DNA of 63,979 bases, filler included, from Olpidium bornovanus S191 (GCA_017911155.1; 30 parts of 30 records of this genome joined end to end with filler, not necessarily neighbours in it), one strand, 5' to 3'. Shown: positions 13,442-25,059, numbered from the whole stretch's first letter. Notes: generated from the sequence alone by a model not told the origin. Program-made: numbers and translations.

Positions 13442-13610
13442 CTACGAGTAACATCATGATAGGTTCGGTCGCAAGTTCCTCCAGGGGGTAGGCGCATCCG
13501 CAGGTCATCGCGGCGGTAGTGCACGTCGTTGAATTCCTTTATCCGCTCAAATATCCGCACTGCTCCGGGTGTGTACGTAGGCTTGGCGTGCCCGACGACA
13601 TGCTGTTCGG

Positions 13611-14250
13611 CTAACGCCCGATGTACGCAGCTTGGTCAAGCAGGATTTCGCCGCGCTTCCTATCACGAGCAATGCGAATTCCGACGAAAAAGGTGGGCTC
13701 GCCGAGCTCAATCAAACCGAACACGTCCCGCAGCTCCATTTTGATGTCGTCGATGGCGCGCTGGTTTCGGGCCAAGATGACAAGATCGTTAACCCACGAG
13801 AGTAGCCTTGTTTGCTGGGTGCTGGTGCCGGCTCCGTCGCCTTCCGGCCCCGCGTACGCGCCATGGTCCGCCTCTAGGCGTTTGAATCCAAGGCGCCCCA
13901 AAAGGGTGCACAGCCTGCTGGACCAGGCGCAACTGGCTTGTTTGAGTCCGTACAAAGGCTTCTGAAGTCGCAGATTCGCGACCCACGCTTTGAAGCCGGG
14001 AGGTATCTCCATCCAAATCTCTTCTTCGAGGTCGTCCCCGTTCAGGTATGCGGAGGAGACATCGACGGCCTCGATGTGGAGGTGACTTTCGGCGGACAGT
14101 GCCAGCGCGACGCGGAGTGTGGTGACGCACATGACGGGTGCGAACGTTTCGTAGCCAGTGATTGACTTCCTGTCGAGAAAGGATCAGGCCCAATCCGCGT
14201 CCGGAAATGCATTGAGTTGGCTGGCAATGACATTGTCAGAGTCAACGCAG
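13611..14250 (-). mobile_element. Ty1/Copia reverse transcriptase fragment, degenerate
   Basis: AVDVSSAYLNGDDLEEEIWMEIPPGF..LQKPLYGLKQAS..LGFKRLEAD..WVNDLVI (catalytic YVDD decayed)..DQAAYI. Confidence 0.92.
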
Positions 14251-14350
14251 NNNNNNNNNNNNNNNNNNNNNNNNNNNNNNNNNNNNNNNNNNNNTTAATT
14301 AATTAANNNNNNNNNNNNNNNNNNNNNNNNNNNNNNNNNNNNNNNNNNNN

Positions 14351-15726
14351 CATGGCCGCGTCCAGCAGCCGCTCCCCCGGGACCGCCCGGGCGGCAGCGA
14401 CGTGGCCGTTGGGATACGCAAAATTGATCGACACCTCGCGCTCGTCCGTCCTCGGCCTCTCTTCCCCCGCTGCTTCGTCGATCACGACCCCCTGGGGGCC
14501 GTTCCCGCCTGCCATCCCGTAGGTCTCAAAGGCGGCGTGCTGCTCCTCAATGTTGAGGCCCATCCGCCCGCGCCACCGGTCCCACAAGACCGGCGCGCCC
14601 TGAGCCATAGCCGGTTTGACCTCCTGCGCAACTTGTGCCAACAGATAAGCGTCCGCTGCGGTCAGATTGCCGTACCAGTCCCCTGTGGGGTGCATGATGA
14701 CGTTTGCGGCGTACTTGTGTCCGCCGACATGAGAGACTTCCCACACCACTGCGGAAGGAACTAGCCTCTTCCGGAGCTCATGGCGGAGGGCGGCGACCAT
14801 CGGTACGCCCCGATTAGAACACCTGCGTGAACCGGGAGAGTGAGAGGGCGGACGGGCCAATTTGCAAAGAAAAAAAATACTCGGACGAAGTTTCGCCCCA
14901 ACGCAGCATTTTACGCCTCCCGTCAGGACGCACGTTCGCACCTACAGTCCCGGTTCCCGTGGGTGCAGACCAGGAAGTGTAACTCGTGCGGCAGCTTTTC
15001 GACCAAAAAACTCCTGCTCAGAGCGCGCATCCCCGCTCCTTGCCCGGCGCCTGCGACGCTCGGCTCCTCCGGCGGCCTCTCCAGATAAGGCACGAGCCGC
15101 TCCCGGAACGACCGTGCCGTGACGCCCCGGACACGCACGGCCTCCGGGAACACGACGATGTCTGCGCTCTCCTCCTCATCGGGCGCGGCGGCGCCCGCGT
15201 CTCCGTCCACCGGAACGTACGCGAACGTCAGCTTGGCCGGCGACGCCGCCGGCAGGGCGCGGCAAGCGTCGGCGATCGCATTTCGCAGCGACGAGCTCGT
15301 CTCCACGAATGGCGGCCACGTGGGCGGGGGCTCCCGCGGGGTGAGGTAAAGGACGTGCCGGACGTGGTGCTTCACTGTCCCGTGCAACAAGTGGCAGTCG
15401 GCGCTGGGCGGCCGCGGTGTCCTGGACAGGGGAGCCGGGTCGGCGGCGCACGTCGGGGTGGAGGACTCCGGGGGCGGTTGCGCGGAACCGTACCGGCGCA
15501 GGGATCGCAGGCGAGTTGGTGCGGCAGCGCACGACGGCCGGCGGCGCTCCGTGAAGATGGGCTTCTCCGGGACTGCGGCGCGCGGCGACGCCGACGTGCG
15601 CTTCGAGGCTCTGAGGCGCGCCGTCAGCGGCGGCGCGGCAGCCGCGGACCCGAAGTGGAGCCCCACGGTGCCGGCGGCGGCAAGGGAAGCACGGGAGAGC
15701 GTCGGGACAAGAGTCGCAGGGGGCAT
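14351..15726 (-). CDS. Aim32/Apd1-like sucrase/ferredoxin-like (thioredoxin-like 2Fe-2S) protein, with a probable C-terminal Fer2 domain start; 3'-truncated
   Basis: FLVCTHGNRDCR/C (C-X8-C across an intron), VWEVSHVGGHKYAANVI (H-x-G-G-H), GDWYGNLT, WRGRMGL, then EVSINFAYPNGHVAAARAVPGERLLDAAM at the contig end. The start codon is tentative. Confidence 0.88.
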
Positions 15727-16854
15727 CGCGGTCGCGCGGCAGCCGCGGCCAGCAGTACGGTCCGGCGAACCGGGGGGGGGGGGGGGGGGGGGGGGGGGCG
15801 GGGGGGGGGGGGGGGGGGGGGAGTCGACGGTCGCACGGCGGGGTTTCCCTTTCCGGGTCCCCCGGCCACGGCGGAGACACGGGGATTCCCTCCTCCTCCT
15901 CCCGCTTTCCCTCCCGTTCACCCCCGCATGCAGTCAGATACAGTGTCTCGAAGTGCGCGAACTACGCAATTCCCGGTCGCCTGGAACACGCTCTCGAACG
16001 AGGCCGGTCCGAACACGCCATCAAACGTAGGCAGCGACAGGGATCCCNNNNNNNNNNNNNNNNNNNNNNNNNNNNNNNNNNNNNNNNNNNNTTAATTAAT
16101 TAANNNNNNNNNNNNNNNNNNNNNNNNNNNNNNNNNNNNNNNNNNNNCATGCAGGAAAATTTCCCCGTACGCTTCGTCGTCAGAAATTTGCCATTCCTGC
16201 GTGTCCCCCCCGGGAATATGGCTGCCCGGCAGACACCACTTGCCAGAGTTTTCGACGCATCAGAACCTGTTGGCTTTCCAGGAGCGCCAGTTATCCTCTG
16301 TCAACGGGGCGATTGTCAGCCTCGCGCCCCCGTAGCGCTGGAGGCTTCTTCCATGGTCGGCTTGGGTGTCCTCGCTAGCACCTTGGAAGCGCCGCGGCTC
16401 GTCGTTCGGCGTGTTCCCTGCGGGGAGGGCGGCTGCTCCTCGCGAGTGGCGCTGGTGTTTCCGCTCCGCGTTTTTGATTGGTTAATAAACTGATTTCGGC
16501 CCCCTCCCTTTTCGCCCCCTTTCATGGCGCGCGGAACAACCTCGGGCAAGTTCTCGCATATTTCCCCCCTCCTGAGGCCGTAAACTTGCCCGAAGGGAAA
16601 ACTGTATGTACCAAACTTGCGGGATCGTGGCATTCGGATGCACAAGCGGTCTAAATGCTCCGCGATGGCCCTGGATGGTGCCGAGTGCACACACTTTTCC
16701 CCGATTATCGCGACTTTTTTTTATATCTCGCCACTACGAAGCGGGCTCGAGGCTCTTCGAATAATTATTTGCAGGGACGGGAATCCGGAATTTTTCCAAT
16801 GCCTGAAGCTTTTTTTTTTTTTTTTTTTTCTTTTTTTTGGGAAAGGGGATCTCA

Positions 16855-17297
16855 TCATTCTTTGAGAGGCTCGACCTGAACTTCGCCGTCTGGCCCCTCG
16901 GACCCGAGGGCCCGCTCGACCTCGGGCCTCCTCCAGAGGGTCGTGTTCCACTTCGGGAACACCCTCTTGTATAGGTTCATGCACACGACGTCCTGCTGGG
17001 TAATTGGGCCGTCGAACAGGCACTTCATGTAGCCGTGGGTTCCGAGGCTCTCGCGGATGTGGCCGACGCGGCCGTGCTTGGTGTGGACCTGCACGGGCTT
17101 GAACCAAAGCACGTCGTCCGGGTTGAAGAACATGTACCGTACCGTGCAGATGCGCTTGTGGACCTTGAACGGCGCCCCGGTGAGCACGACCCGCTTGGCC
17201 ACAATCCGCCGCGGCTCCACGTCCAGGAACGTCCCGGTAGCGACGAGCTTCGGCGCTGGAGTTTTGTGTGCAGGCCCGATTTTGGCGGTCAGTCCAA

Positions 17298-17338
<41 letters not shown>

Positions 17339-17709
17339 GGGGGGGGGCCGGGGTGGGCGCACTGACCTGACCCCGCCTTTTCCAGGTACAGAGCAGCTGG
17401 CGCCGGCGTCATCTGCACGGGCGCGAACACCGTCGCGACGGCCGCGGCCCCCGGCTTGAGAAACCTCTCGAACTTGTTTGCCCTCCCCTCGCTGTCAGTG
17501 GTGCTCGAGTGGCGGGTGCTGGCGGAAAAGATCGGCCGCACTCGGTAGCGCCGGAACGCGCAGTGCAGCACCAGGGGATCCTTGGACTTGATGATGTCCG
17601 GCTCTACGGCGCCGCCGTTGTCGTCGTCATCGGGAGACGGCCGCACGACGGAGAAGTTGAGCACGGACATCTTGTGTTCGTGGCGTTTCAGCTGGAACAG
17701 TGGATACAC
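16855..17709 (-). CDS. TSR1: Pre-rRNA processing protein Tsr1, C-terminal domain
   Basis: HEHKMSVLNF; IKSKDPLVLHCAFRRY..PIFS; KFERFL; LVATGT..RIVAKRVVLTGAPFKVHKR..TVRYMFFNPDDVLWFKPV..TKHGRVGHIRESLGTHGYMKCLFDG..D.VCMNLYKRVFPKW. Confidence 0.96.
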
Positions 17710-18322
17710 TCTCGACGGCGAGTAGGTCGCTTTTGGAGGCGGTTAACCGCCGCGAGCGGCCGCGCGGAACTTGCATCATCAGCTGTGAAATGACCGTTGC
17801 CCGCTGCCGCAGATATCGAAGTAAACCCCCGTGTGCGTACCCATGNNNNNNNNNNNNNNNNNNNNNNNNNNNNNNNNNNNNNNNNNNNNTTAATTAATTA
17901 ANNNNNNNNNNNNNNNNNNNNNNNNNNNNNNNNNNNNNNNNNNNNCACACGTCCCAACCTCCCCGGTCATCTCCAAATCCACGGGAATCCCAGGTAAAAA
18001 ATTGAAAAAAAGAAAATCGGGAAAAATTCGCGAAACCCCGAATCAATGATCTCGTCCGTGCATGATGGCGCAATTGGCACCACCCCGGTCTAATACGGTG
18101 ATTCTAGTACGTGAGCGAAACTGAGAACCGCAAGTTAGAAAACCCACAGCAGCGAAAGGGGTACGGAATCGGAGCTTGCAGCGGCCTACGATTCAGGCGT
18201 GTCGGCCCCCTCCCCCCCCCTCCGCCCGGCTTCGGCCGAGGCAAACGCTTTCGCGGCAAGCATCGGGGCGCGTCCTGCCGGCGACAAGCGCGCGCGGACC
18301 CTACTGCGAAAGAGCGCCTCGT

Positions 18323-19129
18323 TCATTTTCTGGCTGAGGGGGGCAATCGGCGGATCTTCGCGCCGCAAACTTCCCAGCCCCACCGTCGGACCATCTTGGC
18401 GACGGGCGGCGTGATCATGGCCGCTAATGGCACGCGAACCGGGAGAAAGAGCTTGTGGAAGCCGTAGGCGAGCGCGAACGATGTCCAGAGGGAGTGAGAC
18501 AGTATCCGGTATTCGCCTTCCGCGCCAAGCGAGGCGGCCTCGCCCTTCCCCGCCTCCTTGACTTCCTTCGCCAGGTCCGGCACCTCCCCGGCCTTGCCGA
18601 AGACGCGGGACATGTCCGGGAGGTACTTCTTCGCGAGCTCCTCGATCGGCTTGAGCACGCCCGGGCCGCCGACGCTGATGGCCCAGAAGAAGAGCACAAG
18701 GTCCACCGCCGATAGAGTTGCGTAGACTGCGACGGAGACCAGGCCGTACTGCTTCCACAATGCAGAGAACTTCCCGCCGCTCGCCGTCGCCGGCTTCCCG
18801 CCCTCGGGGGCCGCGGTCCCCGATGGCGCACGCCGGACGAGTGACCCGACGAAGCCACGCCGAAAGAGGACGCCCCGGGCAGCAACGAGATGCGGATGCC
18901 CGACGAAGGAGGCGAGGCGGCCCGCGCGGGTCGGCGAACCCCCCCGCGACCAGGGAGACGGGGGGTGCGCCCGCGGCGACAACGCCCGCAGGGCCCTCCG
19001 GCAAACGGACGCCGGCGCGCCGGCGGCAGCGGCGGCGGCGGAGCACGACCGGCTGCCGAACAGGACGGCGAGAGCCGACGGCGAGGCCGGCAGCACCGGG
19101 GCCTTCGCGCACGCGGCGGCGCCCCGCAA
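18323..19129 (-). CDS. DUF1279/FAM210-family mitochondrial membrane protein
   Basis: KFSALWKQYGLVSVAVYATLSAVDLVLFFWAI ... WTSFALAYGFHKLFLPVRVPLAAMITPPVAK, preceded by an Arg/Ala-rich presequence-like N-terminus. Start uncertain. Confidence 0.85.
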   Translation of the reverse strand: MRGAAACAKAPVLPASPSALAVLFGSRSCSAAAAAAGAPASVCRRALRALSPRAHPPSPWSRGGSPTRAGRLASFVGHPHLVAARGVLFRRGFVGSLVRRAPSGTAAPEGGKPATASGGKFSALWKQYGLVSVAVYATLSAVDLVLFFWAISVGGPGVLKPIEELAKKYLPDMSRVFGKAGEVPDLAKEVKEAGKGEAASLGAEGEYRILSHSLWTSFALAYGFHKLFLPVRVPLAAMITPPVAKMVRRWGWEVCGAKIRRLPPSARK

Positions 19130-19779
19130 CAGCGCCCGAGTCGCAAGGGCAGGGCGGGGAGGCGAGGCGGCGCCGAACGCGGGGAAGGCGATGAGGGCAG
19201 AACATGCTGCTTCGGCAAGAGCTCGAGGGGAGGGAAGTCGAGTCGAGTCAGCAAGAGAAGGAGGAATACCGGCGGGCGCGCCCCTTCTGCACGCGGCAGC
19301 GCCCGGGGGTCGGCTGACCTTGGTACCCGCGGTACGCGAGACGGAGGCGGGGCCGGCGGGCGGACGCCGGGGGTGCCGTCGGGAGCACCTTTGGCAGCGT
19401 CGACCGCATTTCTTCTATTTTTCTTTTTGCCCGCGGCGCCGTCCTTCTCTTGCGGACGGGCTGCGAGCTTTCGGGTGGTGTTGGCGGGGGCGGTGGTGAA
19501 AACGCTGGTCACTGTCCGCTGGCAATTTTGCTTAGTGCTCTTGTTTTGACAGTGTCCTGCATGGCCTCTTCCTCCTGTGCACTCATTCCCATTATCCCCG
19601 GGGATAGTATTTACGCCCTGACGTCATCACGTCCCGACCCGTCTCGAGGATGGACGCATACCTCAACGCCCTGTTCAACNNNNNNNNNNNNNNNNNNNNN
19701 NNNNNNNNNNNNNNNNNNNNNNNTTAATTAATTAANNNNNNNNNNNNNNNNNNNNNNNNNNNNNNNNNNNNNNNNNNNN

Positions 19780-19815
<36 letters not shown>

Positions 19816-19873
19816 GGCATCCAGTCGGCCAACCAAAATCGCAACGTAACATTTTTTTTTATCCTTTACCTCC

Positions 19874-21379
19874 AATTGCAATTTTTCGTTCGCGTAGTTT
19901 ATGCAGAACTGCTCGAAGGAGTTTTTCTCGAAATGCTCGAACCCGTAAATGTCCAGCACGCCTATGAACGTGCTGGCCTTTTCCTGGCCGCCGATCAGCG
20001 ACAAGCTGGAATTGACTATCCTCACGAGCCAGTCGAAGATGTTGGCGTATATGTACTTCGCGACGGCGTCCCGGACGGCGGTGGCGGCCGGAGGCTTGAG
20101 GTTGGACACGATCTTCTCCGAGCGCGTGGCTATCTGCTTTTTGACGAGCCACTTGCGGAACTCGGCGGCGTCGACCCCGAGGAGCCGCGCGGCGTCGGCG
20201 AACGCCTTGTCGGACTCCGGAATGGACGCGTCTCCCGCGCCGCCGCCGCCGGCGATCCGGATGTTCCCGATGTGGAGCAGCGCCGCCAGGAGCCTGAACA
20301 CCTGCCACTGCAGCTGCACGGCGATCCCGATCGTCGACAGGGCGCGCTGGGTGACCTCGAACTCCGCCGCGTCGTCGACGCCGCTGATGTAACACTGGTT
20401 CCCCTGGCTCAGGTAATGGAAATCCTCGAACGCGCCGCCGCCGAGGCCCAGCTCCTTCTTTTCCGACGGGGGCGCACCCGCAACGAGCTGGTAGAATATG
20501 TGGTAGTTTCGTTCGGTTTCCGGCTGGAAGACCAGCCGGGAACGCTCCAAGAGGTACGTGCGGATCCTGGCGCCCACGATGGTCTGTCCCTCGTCGAATT
20601 CAAATTCGATGTGTTTCCCGAACCGCGAGCTGGCATAAAAAAAAATAAAGGAAAACGGCAAAAACCAATACGTGAACGCTTGCCCTTCTGCGCGGATATG
20701 CCCAAACAGGTGAAATAAAACCAGGGGGAGGGGGGGGGGGAAATGGCGACCTGTTGTCATTTCGCGTCGTCTTCGCGTTTCCGAAAGCTTCCATGATGGG
20801 GTTCGTGGCCAGGATCTGCGCCTCGGTCTCGCTGATGCCGTTTTCGTCGTCTGCGCCGGCCCCGCCCCTGGCGGCGGCGGTGGCCTGCAGCTGCTGGTTG
20901 ATCGCCTCCGTTTCCGGAAGGTTCAGGTTCCTCGAATTCTTGGCGACCGTCTTTTTCGGCCTCCTGGGCCTCCGCCTCTTGCCGGGGGAGGAGAGGGAGG
21001 CGGGGGAGAAAGGGGAGGCGGGGCAGAGGGAGGCGCCGCCGGCCCCGTCGAGCAGGTAATCCGCGCCGCCCTCGTCCTCGTCGGCGGCGGTGGCGAAGTA
21101 CCTCATGACGTACTTCGCGCTCACCGTCTTGCCGGCGCCGGACTCGCCGGACACGACGATGGTCTGGTTCCGGCCCTCGCGTGCCATGCGCCTGTAGGCG
21201 TCCTCCGCGATCGCGAACAGGTGCGGCTCCAGGTCGCCGCGCCGCTTCCCGCTGTACGCCTGCACGACATCGTGCGAGTAGAGCACCAGCCGGTCGAACG
21301 GGTTGAGCGCTATGAGCACGATGCCCGAGTACGTGTAGATGCTGTGTTGCGAGTAGCGCGTGCGGATGTTATGGAGCAC
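19874..21379 (-). CDS. Class V myosin motor domain fragment (Myo2-like)
   Basis: IYTYSGIVLIALNPF; LEPHLFAIAEDAYR; NQTIVVSGESGAGKTVSAKYVMRYFA (P-loop); EAFGNAKTTRNDN/SSRFGK; LERSRLVFQPETERNYHIFYQL; FIGVLDIYGFEHFEKNSFEQFCINYANEKLQ. Confidence 0.96.
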
Positions 21380-21659
21380 TGGGTTCGCGGTGTGTCGGGG
21401 GGGGGGGGGGGGGGGGCGCCGGGGGGGGGGGGGGGGGGGGGGGGGGTTTTTTTTTTTTTTTTTTTTTTAAAAAAAGAAAAAAAAAAAGAAAGGAAATGAT
21501 GGGGAAAAAAAGAAGGAAAAGGATCCAAAAAAAGAAAAAGAAAAGAAATGATGGGGAAANNNNNNNNNNNNNNNNNNNNNNNNNNNNNNNNNNNNNNNNN
21601 NNNTTAATTAATTAANNNNNNNNNNNNNNNNNNNNNNNNNNNNNNNNNNNNNNNNNNNN

Positions 21660-21803
21660 ACCATGGCGCCACGCCCGCGGGTATAAATAGACCCCCTCCA
21701 GGACGTTGTAGAGAACCAGAACCAGTAACAAGAGCTAGAACAAAAGACTTGACAGCAATGAAAAAGCTTTAACCCGATGACGGTGACCAACGTCCACAGC
21801 ACA
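21660..21803 (+). mobile_element. 3' end of an LTR (family X) inserted antisense into a Gypsy integrase
   Basis: TATA box (GGGTATAAATAGA, ~21679-21691) and a terminal CA at 21803. The last 43 bp match 35156-35198 with 4 mismatches. Confidence 0.65.
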
Positions 21804-22740
21804 GGTCGAGGGTGGCGCCGTCGCTTAGCGTCGACGCGCTCTTTCTCCCGACGCTTCGTTTCGAGCATTTTCCACCGGCCTTCCTCTACGTCCTCCTCCC
21901 TCCGTTGCAGCTGGCGTATCTGCAACGCCAGTAGCTCTTCACGCGACAGGCCGTCCTTCCACAGCAGCACGGACCACGTCACGAGGGCATCTTTGACGGG
22001 TAGCGACGGTTGATTCCCGTGCATCAACTCAACCGGAGCGAACCCGGTCGTCCGATGGGTCGTCGATCGGTCGGCCCACAACGCGAACTGGAAAAGGTCC
22101 ACCCACTTTGCGCTTTCGAACTCAGCCGCTTCCACTAAAGCACCTACAAATGTTTAGTGCCCCCTCTCGGCCTTCCCGTTGGCTTCTGGGTTGTACACCA
22201 CGGTTAAGTGTATCTCGACGACGAAACGACGGAAAAGGTCCCGTACCTCGGCCGCTCGGAGCTCCCCTCGATCCGCGCGAAATCGACAGCACGGCCCGTA
22301 TCAACATATGTCGTCCTCCAAGAGGAAACGGATGATGGACGCGGAGTGCTTGCTCCGAAGAGGCCGCCCTTCGCAGAAGTTGCTGATGCGCTCACGACCC
22401 AACACTGCATAACAATATCCCCGCACCTTCGGCAGCTCTACAAGATCCACGTACCATTCGAAATTGATCGACGGCGGGCACACCGGGTGAAGTTCCTCGT
22501 GAAATCGCCGCCTCGAATACTGCTGACAGATCTGGCAGGTCTCGACGTACTTGGCTACGGTATGTCGGAGGGCCGGCCAGGAGTACCGATCGGCAATTTT
22601 CCGCAACATCCTTTCCACCGCAAAATGACCCGCCCCGAGGTGTTCGTGCGCTGATGTCGGAAAAGTTTCGCTCTGCCGTCCGCAGCCGAGCAGCGGCGAG
22701 CCCTGTCGTAGACAAAACACCCCCCCTAAAAAACAATAGA
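21804..22740 (-). mobile_element. Ty3/Gypsy integrase, degenerate
   Basis: HEHLGAGHF..RYSWPALRHTVAKYVETCQICQ (HHCC zinc site); WYVDLV; IC*YG; ADRGE; YNPEANGKAERGH; ALWADRSTTHRTTGFAPVELMHG. Confidence 0.92.
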
Positions 22741-22979
22741 GCACTCCGTAGCTTTCTTTCCCTTGCGCATAACCTNNNNNNNNNNNNNNNNNNNNNNNNN
22801 NNNNNNNNNNNNNNNNNNNTTAATTAATTAANNNNNNNNNNNNNNNNNNNNNNNNNNNNNNNNNNNNNNNNNNNNCATGCGTCTGACGCGCCTCGCATTC
22901 CGTGCCCGCGGCCGCCCGGCATCGCCCGTCTTGATATCATATCGGCTGACGTTCCTGCCGGTTTTGAACAGGTTTGCAG

Positions 22980-23654
22980 TTCATCAGAATGAGCCCTCCG
23001 CAGCCGCAGGATATTGTCAACGTGGCGCTCTCTTCCGCGGCGGAGCAACTAGGGAACGTCAACAAGAATGCTTTGCCGTTCTTCGCCTCCACGGCGGAGT
23101 CGCTCATCAGCGAGAAAGGCGCCGTTGAGGCTTTGTCCCAGGCGTTGGCCGTTCTCTCGGGGTACAGCGGTGGATTGCCGTCGCGTTCGCTGCAGACCAG
23201 CCAGACCGGGATGACAACGATTCTTATGAAGGCGGCCAGCGCCCCGGTGAGGTCGGTGCCGGCGGTGATCAACATGATTACCAGCCGAACCGGCCTGGCC
23301 CACCACAACATTAAGGCGGTGAACGTCACCGGCGACCTCGGCTCCGTCGTTTTCGACATTCCGTCCGAGGAACTCAGGGTCGACGGTGACGACGTGTACA
23401 TCAACGGTCGCAAATGGGAGGACGCGCGGAATCCGGTGAAGGTGGCGAAGGAGCTGCCGGCGCTCAAGCCGAGCGTCAACGTCGACGCTTCCAGAGGCGG
23501 CGGCGGCGGCGGCGGCGGGCGCCGCCCCTCCTTTGGCAGATTCGGGCCTTGCGGCGCTTTCGGCCGGGGCGGCGGCGGCGCCCGAAGCGGGCCGTCGGGC
23601 TTCAGAGGGGGGAGCTCCGGCGGCCGCGGAAGCCGGCGCGGAGGCCAGCGCTGA
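22980..23654 (+). CDS. DDX21/DDX50/RH7-type DEAD-box helicase C-terminus (GUCT domain + RGG tail)
   Basis: PQPQDIV; AESLISEKGAVEALSQALAVLSGY..LPSRSL; VVFDIPSE; Gly/Arg-rich tail ending in a stop codon at 23654. Confidence 0.8.
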   Translation, partial: FIRMSPPQPQDIVNVALSSAAEQLGNVNKNALPFFASTAESLISEKGAVEALSQALAVLSGYSGGLPSRSLQTSQTGMTTILMKAASAPVRSVPAVINMITSRTGLAHHNIKAVNVTGDLGSVVFDIPSEELRVDGDDVYINGRKWEDARNPVKVAKELPALKPSVNVDASRGGGGGGGGRRPSFGRFGPCGAFGRGGGGARSGPSGFRGGSSGGRGSRRGGQR

Positions 23655-24282
23655 TTCTCCGGTCGCGAGACCGTGCGCTCGAAGATATATTTCGGGCCCG
23701 GGCCGGCATAAGCGAGAAAGAGTTTCAGGACCGGGTTTTTTGCCCCACATGCAAAACTCCAATGTTCCCACGCCCCTCGACTTTTTCACGCCTGCGCATA
23801 CAGTTAAGATTTTTTTCCCTCTTTTTTTTGTTTTGTTTTATCCTGGCGCCCCCTCGTGCTTGTTTTCTACCGCCCGCGTCAACGGCAAAAGCGCCTGTTC
23901 TTGTATTTTATTTAAATACCCTGATTCCAAACGGTTTCCGACTTTCCGTCCAGTAGAGAATCAACGGTCCGGAAGTTCTATAGAAAGAGAAATAAGAAGA
24001 AGAAAAAAATGGGGGCTTGAGGAAACAAACGGGGTTTAATCCCGCGCGCCAGGCGATTATGTGTCCGCGGGTGTCATATGTAGGTGTCCTCGTGAGAGAG
24101 GTTTTTTTTTTTTCAAGTCTTCAGTTCAACTTGTGCGTGGTAAAAAAAAAAAACGCTTCGCTGTGAACGGCGCCGCCGCAAGGCCTGCGCAAACAAAAAA
24201 AAAAAAAAAAAAAAAAAACGGGGGGGGGGGGGGGGGCCCCCGGCCCGGGAAAACTGGGGCGGGCCCCACCCTTCGAAGAGGG

Positions 24283-24320
<38 letters not shown>

Positions 24321-25059
24321 GGGGGGGGTTTGGGGGGGGGGGGGGGTGGGGGGAAGGGGGGGGCGGCGCAGGACCCGGGTTTTGAAGGACCGGGACCCTG
24401 TCGAGCCTCGCGGCCGCGGAAGCGGGCGAGGAAGAAGCGGAGAAGGCGGCGAGGTGTACGCGTTCTGCCGAGACGGAAAACGGTGAGGGGTCCAAAGGTC
24501 GAAAAGACAAAACCGAAAAAGGGGGAGGGGGGAGGGCGCGGAGAGCACGCGCGTCGGGCGTTTCCCCCCCCCCCCCCCCCCCCCCCGCCCCCCCGCCCCG
24601 CCCCCCCCCCACCCCCCCNNNNNNNNNNNNNNNNNNNNNNNNNNNNNNNNNNNNNNNNNNNNTTAATTAATTAANNNNNNNNNNNNNNNNNNNNNNNNNN
24701 NNNNNNNNNNNNNNNNNNCATGATTATGCGCACCAAAGACTCTCTGCAAACGGAAAGGAAATAAGCAGACACCGTCCCTTTAACACGGTAAGATTGATGG
24801 CGAACACGCACGCGGCTCGTCCCACGCCAACGCGTTCTTCGAAAACGTTTCCAGCACGCCCAAAAGTGTCCGCTGGCCGTCGATGGTTGCTCTAATAGCG
24901 GCTGCCGCCGGTTCTTCTGTCGGGTGATCGCGAACGGGAGCGGTAGCTGAGACGCCACAAGCCGGAAGGGCGTTTGAACAAGGCCGTCAGCGGAGCCGCA
25001 AAACCCAGACCCCGGCTTCGGGCAAACCGTTGCCACAGCCGCGCAATACATAGCTCCAC

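Noticed and set aside
14923-19549. Numerous long overlapping Arg/Pro/Gly-rich ORFs in the track
   Set aside because: Shadow ORFs caused by high GC and homopolymer runs opposite or out of frame with real genes.
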